Source: Fibrobacterota bacterium
Lineage (GTDB): Bacteria > Fibrobacterota > Fibrobacteria > UBA11236
Length of the DNA stretch: 11,353 nucleotides
Reading direction: 5' to 3'
Assembly: GCA_043753995.1 (NCBI GenBank)
Contig: JAYUVP010000079.1
Span: 1-11,353, forward strand
Below the pieces are notes generated by a model. It saw only the letters and a list, made by a program, of their open reading frames with translations. It made no database searches and was not told where the DNA came from. The translations under genes were made by a program, and so were the position numbers. Positions 1-6,766 of this stretch are shown piece after piece (position 1 is the first letter of the stretch; each line of letters opens with the position of its first letter).

Positions 1-261
1 GTCCTACTCATCCTTTCAGGAGCAGCCGGAAATCTCATCGATCGCGTGACCATGCATAAAGTCACCGACTTCATCGACGTGGGTATTCCGAATATTCAAC
101 CGCGTTGGCCGATATTCAATGTGGCCGATAGTTGCGTCTGCGTTGGCGTCTGCATTCTGCTTATCCTTCCCATGTTTATGAAAAAGTCCGAAGCCAATTT
201 GAAGACCGCGGAAACATCGCCCAATCCGACCGCGGGGAAGGACAGTGCCGAGCATGCTTGA
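1..261 (+). CDS. lspA: Lipoprotein signal peptidase (signal peptidase II), 3' part; 5' end lies outside the window
   Basis: Frame 1 is open from base 1: VLLILSGAAGNLIDRVTMHKVTDFIDVGIPNIQPRWPIFNVADSCVCVGVCILL. It contains the LspA signatures GNxxDR, VxDFI and FNVAD (both catalytic Asp) followed by a final TM helix. Stop TGA at 259-261. lspA followed by rluD is a common gene order. Confidence 0.95.
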   Translation, partial: VLLILSGAAGNLIDRVTMHKVTDFIDVGIPNIQPRWPIFNVADSCVCVGVCILLILPMFMKKSEANLKTAETSPNPTAGKDSAEHA

Positions 262-1261
262 GCTTGGCCAGTCTTTTCAATGTGAACCCGAAGAGGCCGG
301 AACTCGCCTCGACGCCTTTTTAGCCGCTCGATTGGAAGGCGTTTCACGCAATCGCATTCAGCAGTGGATAGAGGCTGGCCATTTTAACTTGCAGGGAAAA
401 ACGCCTAAGAAAAATGCCTTGCTCGAAGCTGGCCACAGCATTGAAGTGATCAAGCTTCCCGAGGCGGAAGTCAGTCACCTCATCCCGGAAGACATTTCAC
501 TTTCCATTGTTCATGAGGATGACGACATCGTGGTGGTCGACAAACCACGCGGCATGGTCACCCATCCTGGCCATGGCGTGCCGTCCGGAACCCTCGCCAA
601 TGCCTTGGCGTTCCGTTATCAAAATTTACCGACCACCAATGGCGCCTTACGCGCTGGTTTGGTGCATCGCCTCGATCGTGACACCACCGGCCTCCTAGTG
701 GTGGCCCGCAATGAAGCCGCGCAATTGAGCCTTTCCCGGCAATTGCAAGATCGAAGCCTCGGACGCACCTATCGGGCCATAGTTTTTCGTTGCATGAGTC
801 AGAGCGAGGGAAGCTATCAATGGCCGCTGGGTCGCCATGTACGCGATCCCCTTCGCCGCTCGGTACGCGACGATGGCAAACCCTCGGAAACCCATTTCCG
901 GGTGCGTCAGCGTTTTGCCTTCGCCAGCGAACTTGAATTGAACTTAATGACGGGACGCACCCATCAAATCCGGGTGCATTTGTCGCATGCCGGGTTTCCG
1001 GTCATGGGCGACGCCCTCTATGGTGGAACCAAGGCCAGCCTCGACAAAATCGAACCGCTCTATCGTGGGCCCGCGGCTGCAGCACTCAAGCTTTTGCCGG
1101 GCCAAGCCCTGCATGCCTGGAATTTGCGCTTGATTCATCCCAGCAGCGGAGAGTCCATGGTTTTCGAAAGCCCATTGCCCGCTGATTTTGCTGCGGCCTT
1201 GAACTCACTTACGCCCTTCCGTCTGGAAACCGATGAAATCGACGACGGCGAAAAGGCCTGA
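254..1261 (+). CDS. rluD: RluA/RluD-family 23S rRNA pseudouridine synthase with N-terminal S4 domain
   Basis: S4-like RLDAFLA..SRNRIQQWIEAG; motifs VVDKPRGMVTHP, HRLDRDTTG (catalytic Asp), TGRTHQIRVH, PVMGDALYG and QALHA. ATG at 254 overlaps the lspA stop (ATGCTTGA, 8 nt) and has GGAAGGA upstream. The ORF-track GTG at 245 is an alternative start. Confidence 0.92.
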   Translation: MLELGQSFQCEPEEAGTRLDAFLAARLEGVSRNRIQQWIEAGHFNLQGKTPKKNALLEAGHSIEVIKLPEAEVSHLIPEDISLSIVHEDDDIVVVDKPRGMVTHPGHGVPSGTLANALAFRYQNLPTTNGALRAGLVHRLDRDTTGLLVVARNEAAQLSLSRQLQDRSLGRTYRAIVFRCMSQSEGSYQWPLGRHVRDPLRRSVRDDGKPSETHFRVRQRFAFASELELNLMTGRTHQIRVHLSHAGFPVMGDALYGGTKASLDKIEPLYRGPAAAALKLLPGQALHAWNLRLIHPSSGESMVFESPLPADFAAALNSLTPFRLETDEIDDGEKA

Positions 1262-1269
1262 GGAAAATC

Positions 1270-2178
1270 ATGCGCAATCCTGAACGCATCAAATTTGAAA
1301 AGCATTTTCGCCGTGGGCATCGCAGCTATGACTCGCAAGTCGGTGACTGGTGGGAATGGCGCGCCTCGGACGGACCCCATCGTGCGGCCTACCGCCATGT
1401 CATCTCTTGCATGCAGCGCTATTTCCGCCGCCAGGGAAAGACTCCCCGCTTGCTCATGGACTATGCTTGCGGCAGCGCCACCTTCCTCTCGCACTTGGCC
1501 GTGGCCTTTCCCAAAACGCGCCTGGTGGGTCTCGATGGCTCCAAGCATATGCTTGGCATGGCAGCCCAACGCCTCAGCGAATCAGGACTTGAGGCCGAAG
1601 TCGTGCCCCTGGAAAAAGCCTTTGATAACAAAGGTCCGCAAATTCGATTGGTGCAAACCCGTCTACCCAATTTCGACTTGCCCGAAGGCTCATGCGATGG
1701 CGTGGCCTTTGTCTTTCCCAATATCACGGCTGTGCCATCCGACCAACCTTATTATGACAAGCATGGTTACAAGATTCCGAAAGACGTCGCCGTGGGTCGC
1801 ATGTTAGCGCGCTTTCGTGAAATGGATCCCGAAGACGAAGTCGGTTCCATGGAAGTTGAAGATCGCTATGACGGTCTCATGACCGAACGCGTCGTCGCCC
1901 GCAATATACGCGGGCTCTTGCGCAAAGGGCGGCCTTGGTTCAAGGTCGATTATGCCAATGCGCATCGAAAAGAATTAAGTGAGCTGACTCAGTGGCGTAC
2001 TTTGTTTTCAGAGGGCGCCTTGACCATGCCTATCAAAGAAAAGCACAGCGAAGTATTTTTTCGTTATTGCAAGGACGAATTCAAGAAGAGCCGAGTCATA
2101 CTTGACGTCTATCATCAAACGCGCGATGCCAGCGACAAAACAGGTGGGTATTTCGTCACCTGGTTCGAAGGCGTTTGA
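1270..2178 (+). CDS. Class I SAM-dependent methyltransferase, substrate unknown
   Basis: Motif I variant LMDYACGSA, motif II LVGLDGSKHML, beta4 SCDGVAFVF, and RNIRGLLRKG resembling the 'rvLkpGG' helix-turn. RBS-like GAGGA at 1260-1264 overlaps the rluD stop. Gap to rluD is 8 nt. Confidence 0.75.
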   Translation: MRNPERIKFEKHFRRGHRSYDSQVGDWWEWRASDGPHRAAYRHVISCMQRYFRRQGKTPRLLMDYACGSATFLSHLAVAFPKTRLVGLDGSKHMLGMAAQRLSESGLEAEVVPLEKAFDNKGPQIRLVQTRLPNFDLPEGSCDGVAFVFPNITAVPSDQPYYDKHGYKIPKDVAVGRMLARFREMDPEDEVGSMEVEDRYDGLMTERVVARNIRGLLRKGRPWFKVDYANAHRKELSELTQWRTLFSEGALTMPIKEKHSEVFFRYCKDEFKKSRVILDVYHQTRDASDKTGGYFVTWFEGV

Positions 2179-2186
2179 AGAACCTT

Positions 2187-2234
2187 AAAACAAAAACAGC
2201 CGAGGCCACTTAAGGCTTCGGCTGTTTCGATTTT
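2187..2234. terminator. Bidirectional rho-independent terminator between the convergent methyltransferase and topB
   Basis: Stem AAACAGCCGAGGCC (2194-2207), loop ACTTAA, stem GGCTTCGGCTGTTT (2214-2227): 14 bp with one G-U on the + transcript. A-rich left flank (AAAACAAAAA, a U-tract on the - strand) and T-rich right end (TTTCGATTTT). Confidence 0.85.
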
Positions 2235-2260
2235 CTGACTAGGCCGCGGAGCCCTTAGAA

Positions 2261-4798
2261 TCACTCGTCCGCTTCGGCCCCTACGGTGGCTTTCGCTTCG
2301 CCCTTGCCTTTGCCAAAGCGTCCTTTGCCTTTGAATTCACGCGGCGGAAACTCGAATTCCAGTTTTCCATCCTTGGACAATTTCAAAAAGGCATCGAAAA
2401 AGCGCCGGGTTTTGGCGGATTGAAATCCCTGAATGAGTTCGGTTTTTTGGCCCGCTAACATGCGTAGCATACTGTCGCGGGTAATGGGCTTGCCAAGAAT
2501 GACCTTGCCCATCTTAAAGCCTTTTTTATCGCCCTTCATAGCGCTTTCGCTTAGATAACCCGTGAGGGTTTCCATCACCGCGGTGCCGTCGATGGGAGAG
2601 TTGCCGAGCGACTCTTGATTCACGATCTCCGGACCCTTACCATCTTCGCCCATGGCGTCTTCGAAGACGAACTCAACCTTGTTTTCCTCAGTGAGCCGAA
2701 TCGCCGCAGAAAAGGACTTGCCCATTTTACTACGAAAACCCGATAGCGGACCGACTCGACGCTTTTGCAGCAATTCAAGAATTTCGCTTTCGGCCATGTG
2801 TCGGCCGCCAAGCACTTTTCGAATCAAGATTTTGCCGTCGCTCGATTCCCATTTGCTGAGGGTTTCGAACATCGGCTTGCCATCTATGGGATTAGCGAAG
2901 CTCGCTTCCTTGCGATCGCGATCTTCGTCATAACCCTTGATATGGGAAACCATTTTGCGGGTGAGATCCTTGATCTCTTCCATAAAGGCCGGACGCGTGA
3001 TGGTTCCGCGCTCCATGGCATTCAGCTTGTATTCCCATTCACCGGTCAATTCGGGGCTCGTCAACTCTTCAATGCCGATGGCCTCAAGCAAACCGAGCAA
3101 GTCCGTGCCCTTGGCGGTAGGAATCAACTCCTTGCCCTCGCGCACGATATACTTGTCGTCAATAAGCCCTTCGATAATGGCGGCTCGCGTTGCTGGCGTT
3201 CCGAGTCCGCGCTCTTTCAAGGCTTCGCTCAGCTCTTCATCGTCTACGTATTTGCCGGCGCTTTCCATGAAGGAAAGCAAGGTCGATTCGGTCAAACGCG
3301 GTGGAGGCTTGGTCGCTTCTTTGCGTGCTTCTAATTCCATGGCGCGCCAGCGCACGCTTTGCTGCACGGGCGGAAGCAGGGCTTCTTCTTTTTTGTCTAT
3401 GCCGTAAATGGCACGCCAGCCAGCGTCTTCAAGCACCTTGCCTTCCGTTTTGAAGGTTTCGCCTTCCACCACGGAAAGACGGGTCGTAACATGATATCTC
3501 GCTGGCGGGAAGAACACGGCCAAGAAACGCTGTACCACCATGTGATAAATACGACGCTCGGCATCGCTTAATTCACCGGGCATCACATTGGTGGGAATAA
3601 TGGCAAAGTGATCGGAAACCTTGGTATTGTCGAATATGCGCTTGTCCATGCGCACATAGCCTTTATCAATCGCCTCCGCGGCGAACTTACCGTAATCGGT
3701 GTCGCGGAAGGTGCGCATCAAATCACGCGCCACCCCGACATAATCTTCAGGCAAGTAGCGACTAGCGGTACGCGGATAGGTCAGGACTTTGTGCTTTTCG
3801 TACAAGGCCTGGGCTATGCTCAAGGTTGTTCTAGCTGAAAATCCGTAGCGGGCATTGCCTTCGCGCTGTAGCGAGGTCAAGTCATAGAGGCCTGGCGCGC
3901 TTTGCGAAGAAGGCTTGCTGGTTTCCGTGACTTCAGCAACCTTACCAGTGCATTTGGCGACAATGGCCTTGGCGCGCGCCTCGTCCCATAGCCTCTCGGG
4001 CTTGGCAACATCGTCCTTTTCCTTGTCGGCTTTTTTGAAATTCGGGTCTATCCAACGTCCAGGATATTCGGGGCCGTCATTGGCGCCGGCACGAAAATTC
4101 GCATCGACTTCCCAATAATCTCGCGAACGAAAGGCATCGCGTTCCCGCTCGCGCCTCACCATCATGGAAAGAGTCGGCGTTTGCACGCGTCCGCAGGGCG
4201 TGAGGAAAAAACCGCCTTTCAGGGATTTATAACCGGTCAAGGCGCGTGAACCATTGATTCCAATAAGCCAATCCGCTTCGGAACGGCATTGCGCCGCAGC
4301 GGCGAGGTTTTGCATTTCGCCTTCCTCGCGTAAATGCTTGAAGCCCTCTTGTATGGCCGACTTGGTCATGCTTTGCAGCCAAAGCCTTTTGTACTCGAAT
4401 TTGAGCGGCTTAGTGGCACCGACATATTGGGTGATATAGCGAAAAATCAATTCGCCTTCTCGGCCTGCGTCGCAGGCATTCACCACGGTCTTTACGTCTT
4501 TGCGCTTCAGTAATTTCGCCAGAACATTGAGCTGCCCCTTGGTTCGGACTATGGGCGTAATAGCGAAAGTTTCAGGCAAGAAAGGCAAATTGTCGAGCGA
4601 CCATTCCTTGAAACGATCGTCCATGGCCTTGGGATTGGCGATGGCGACTAAATGGCCAATCGCATAGGAGACCAAGGTTTCAGAACCTTCGTAATACCCT
4701 TCTTGCTTTTGGAATTTTTCGGAAAGGGAGCGGGTAATGTCGAGGGCCACACTGGGCTTCTCGGCAATGACGAGGGTTTTGGGGGTCTCGGCTGCCAA
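2261..4798 (-). CDS. topB: DNA topoisomerase III (type IA) with two C-terminal Toprim_Crpt-like repeats
   Basis: TOPRIM motifs LVIAEKPSVA and NACDAGREGELIF; RLWLQSMT, EADWLIGINGSRA, GRVQTPT, active-site TYPRT, DHFAIIPT, GLGTPATRAAIIE and LTSPELTGEWEYKL, all of the TopB type. Start re-called to TTG at 4798 (845 aa), which has AGGAG 7 nt upstream and lies just before the first conserved strand. The ORF-track start at 4918 adds 40 implausible residues. Confidence 0.95.
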   Translation of the reverse strand: MAAETPKTLVIAEKPSVALDITRSLSEKFQKQEGYYEGSETLVSYAIGHLVAIANPKAMDDRFKEWSLDNLPFLPETFAITPIVRTKGQLNVLAKLLKRKDVKTVVNACDAGREGELIFRYITQYVGATKPLKFEYKRLWLQSMTKSAIQEGFKHLREEGEMQNLAAAAQCRSEADWLIGINGSRALTGYKSLKGGFFLTPCGRVQTPTLSMMVRRERERDAFRSRDYWEVDANFRAGANDGPEYPGRWIDPNFKKADKEKDDVAKPERLWDEARAKAIVAKCTGKVAEVTETSKPSSQSAPGLYDLTSLQREGNARYGFSARTTLSIAQALYEKHKVLTYPRTASRYLPEDYVGVARDLMRTFRDTDYGKFAAEAIDKGYVRMDKRIFDNTKVSDHFAIIPTNVMPGELSDAERRIYHMVVQRFLAVFFPPARYHVTTRLSVVEGETFKTEGKVLEDAGWRAIYGIDKKEEALLPPVQQSVRWRAMELEARKEATKPPPRLTESTLLSFMESAGKYVDDEELSEALKERGLGTPATRAAIIEGLIDDKYIVREGKELIPTAKGTDLLGLLEAIGIEELTSPELTGEWEYKLNAMERGTITRPAFMEEIKDLTRKMVSHIKGYDEDRDRKEASFANPIDGKPMFETLSKWESSDGKILIRKVLGGRHMAESEILELLQKRRVGPLSGFRSKMGKSFSAAIRLTEENKVEFVFEDAMGEDGKGPEIVNQESLGNSPIDGTAVMETLTGYLSESAMKGDKKGFKMGKVILGKPITRDSMLRMLAGQKTELIQGFQSAKTRRFFDAFLKLSKDGKLEFEFPPREFKGKGRFGKGKGEAKATVGAEADE

Positions 4799-4805
4799 AG
4801 AGAAT

Positions 4806-4810
4806 CTCCT
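4806..4810 (-). promoter_or_regulatory. Shine-Dalgarno site of topB
   Basis: The minus strand reads AGGAG-attctct-TTG (7-nt spacer). Confidence 0.8.
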
Positions 4811-4822
4811 GAATGGTCTTAA

Positions 4823-4851
4823 AGTATAGGAATGTGTAGGTCGAGCTACAA
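4823..4851 (-). promoter_or_regulatory. Putative sigma70-type promoter for topB
   Basis: The minus strand reads TTGTAG (4851-4846), a 17-nt spacer, then TATACT (4828-4823). This puts a transcription start near 4816, just upstream of the RBS. Confidence 0.6.
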
Positions 4852-4959
4852 ATTGGCCCAACCTTTGCTTTTTATAGTCATCTGCGCAAGACGGAAACAT
4901 GGCGGTTTCCTCCCCCACCCTGGCCTATCTTTAGCGCTTCAAATCAACCCTGCTAGGCT

Positions 4960-5901
4960 ATGCCAGAATACCCCGATCTTGAAGTCTATCTAGACGCTTT
5001 GCGGCAAAGGGTTCAGGGCCAAACCCTGCTTGCCCTAAGGTTAAATAGCCCATTTTTATTGCGAACCGTTTCTCCCGCCTTGTCCGAGTTTCACGGCAAA
5101 AGAGTGGAGAGCCTTTCCCGATTGGGCAAGCGATTGGTATTTGGATTTGAAGGCGAAAACTTTCTGGTTTTGCATCTCATGGTTGCCGGTAGACTTCAGT
5201 GGAAACCACAGGGGACAGCCCTATCCGGAAAAATCCAGTTGGCGGCATTCGATTTTTCTCCCGGCACCTTGATCCTGACTGAGGCAGGAACCAAAAAACG
5301 AGCCTCCTTGCATGCCGTGCGCGGCCAAAGCGCCTTAGAAAAGCACAACCCCGGCGGCCTAGAAGCAGTGGCATCCACCTTGGCCGATTTCACCCAAAGG
5401 ATTCGCTCCGAAAATCACACTTTGAAGCGCACCTTAACCGATCCTCGGATTTTTAGCGGCATAGGCAATGCCTATTCCGATGAAATATTGCATCGCTCCC
5501 GACTCTCGCCCGTCCAATTGACTTTGAAAATGGACGACGCATCGATCGCTCGCTTGCATCAAGCCGTGCAAGAGGTCATGCTGGAATGGAAGCAGAAGCT
5601 TCAAGCCGAGGCGAATTCGGGTTTTCCTGCAAAGGTCACCGCCTTTCACCCCGAAATGGCCGTGCACGGTCGCTATGGCAAACCTTGCCCTGAGTGCGGA
5701 GAATTGGTGCAGCGCATTCGCTATGCCGAAAACGAAACCGATTATTGCCCCAAGTGCCAAAACCAAGGCCGCTTATTGGCCGACCGGGCGCTTTCGCGCC
5801 TACTGGGGGCCGATTGGCCGAAAACCATGACCGACATGGAAGAAAAGTGGGCTCATTGGGGAATTGCAAAAAAGCCGCTTCCCGAGCCCAAGGAAGAATA
5901 A
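4960..5901 (+). CDS. Fpg/Nei-family DNA glycosylase/AP lyase (non-canonical subfamily)
   Basis: N-terminal MPEYPDLE (catalytic Pro2/Glu3), RLGKRL (conserved Lys), LVLHLMVAGRL, H2TH motif SGIGNAYSDEILHRSRLSP, and zinc finger CPECG...YCPKCQ followed by GRLLADRALSRLL. No clear SD sequence. The symbol mutM is withheld because canonical Fpg specificity residues are missing. Confidence 0.92.
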   Translation: MPEYPDLEVYLDALRQRVQGQTLLALRLNSPFLLRTVSPALSEFHGKRVESLSRLGKRLVFGFEGENFLVLHLMVAGRLQWKPQGTALSGKIQLAAFDFSPGTLILTEAGTKKRASLHAVRGQSALEKHNPGGLEAVASTLADFTQRIRSENHTLKRTLTDPRIFSGIGNAYSDEILHRSRLSPVQLTLKMDDASIARLHQAVQEVMLEWKQKLQAEANSGFPAKVTAFHPEMAVHGRYGKPCPECGELVQRIRYAENETDYCPKCQNQGRLLADRALSRLLGADWPKTMTDMEEKWAHWGIAKKPLPEPKEE

Positions 5902-5913
5902 AGGCAAAACAGT

Positions 5914-6678
5914 TTAGACGCTAGCGCCCGATCCCTCTATGGTGCGCTGCAATTCGTCGGCCAAAAGGGTTTTTGCCTTGTCCCAATGGCGTGTGAGCAC
6001 ATCGGCGACGAGACGGGTATTTTCTGTTCTTTCGCCCTTAATGCGATATCCCAAAGCCTGGAACATGTGCAAGTGATCATAGCCGCTATGTACGGCTTCA
6101 CTCTCAACTGCAGTCAAACGCACTAGGGTCTTCAATTCAAATAAAGCGCGCAAGAGGTGTTCGGCATATCGTTCATCCTGCAACATCCCATAAACGCGAT
6201 GCCAGAGCGGGCGCTGACGTAATGGAATACCGTGGCCAATAGAATTTTCAACCGTGGCTGCCACGGGTAAAACGACCTGCATTTCACGGAAACGCTGTAA
6301 CCATTTCCTTGTTTCGGCGGTGCCTGTATGCGTTTGCCATGCGGCGATATGTATGACGAGATCGGTGGACAAACCCTCACCCGCCAGGAGTCGAATCGCC
6401 GCAGCGGTATCGAGGCTCAATCGCGAGGGATCTTGAATCACCAAATGCTTGATGCCTTCCGCTTTCGCGCGCAGGCATAAGGATTCCAAGCCTTCGCGTA
6501 ATTGGCCGGGACGAGCAGGACGAATGTCCTGACCCAAGCCAACCACTTCCAATTGGCTCATGAGGCAATAGGCCTGTAATTCCACCGACTGGGCATCCAA
6601 AGAGGCCTGCGGAGCTTCCTCTGGCCATGAGGAGCAATACAAGAATGCTTTTTCACCGTACATAGTTTGTTTTCGCAA
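5914..6678 (-). CDS. Hypothetical protein: degenerate serine-resolvase-like N-terminal domain plus an unrecognised C-terminal helical domain
   Basis: aa 10-134 follow the resolvase catalytic-domain pattern in order: AFLYCSS..Q.SLDAQ..ELQAYC....LEVVG...D.........REGLESL....K..GIKHLVIQDPSRLS.D ... HTGTAETRKWLQ. The ORF is uninterrupted and fills the gap between its neighbours. The start is either TTG 6678 or ATG 6663. Confidence 0.65.
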   Translation of the reverse strand: MRKQTMYGEKAFLYCSSWPEEAPQASLDAQSVELQAYCLMSQLEVVGLGQDIRPARPGQLREGLESLCLRAKAEGIKHLVIQDPSRLSLDTAAAIRLLAGEGLSTDLVIHIAAWQTHTGTAETRKWLQRFREMQVVLPVAATVENSIGHGIPLRQRPLWHRVYGMLQDERYAEHLLRALFELKTLVRLTAVESEAVHSGYDHLHMFQALGYRIKGERTENTRLVADVLTRHWDKAKTLLADELQRTIEGSGASV

Positions 6679-6687
6679 TCGTCAGAC

Positions 6688-6713
6688 TTGGCTACAAGCC
6701 TTTTGTAAGCCAA
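6688..6713. repeat. Imperfect inverted repeat in the divergent intergenic region
   Basis: TTGGCTACAA-gcctt-TTGTAAGCCAA: 10-bp arms with one bulged A. Confidence 0.6.
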
Positions 6714-6766
6714 AATATAGTGCTGGGTCGATAAGGTCCCGTAAAGTCTGTGAGCATTTCCCCCAC

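Noticed and set aside
1295..1807. 170-aa alternative-frame ORF and the other overlapping or antisense ORFs in the track (e.g. 2765-3334, 2937-3407, 8872-9354, 10760-11182)
   Set aside because: They lie within well-supported genes and have no recognisable motifs. These are expected shadow ORFs.
2261..4798. topB as a marker of a plasmid or ICE
   Set aside because: It has the long chromosomal-type C-terminal repeats and housekeeping neighbours (lspA, rluD). No conjugation, ssb or integrase genes are nearby.
4799..4918. 40-aa N-terminal extension of TopB in the ORF track
   Set aside because: The RBS, TTG start and a well-spaced promoter all lie inside it, and the sequence is unlike TopB. Treated as intergenic.
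4951..4959. TGCTAGGCT as an extended -10 for a leaderless Fpg/Nei transcript
   Set aside because: It abuts the ATG with no spacer, which is too close for a start site at the ATG. The other -10-like hexamers (4873-4878, 4926-4931) lack properly spaced -35 boxes.
5902..6766. Resolvase-like gene as an active transposon or invertible element
   Set aside because: Catalytic residues are missing, and I found no transposase, terminal inverted repeats or target duplications by eye.
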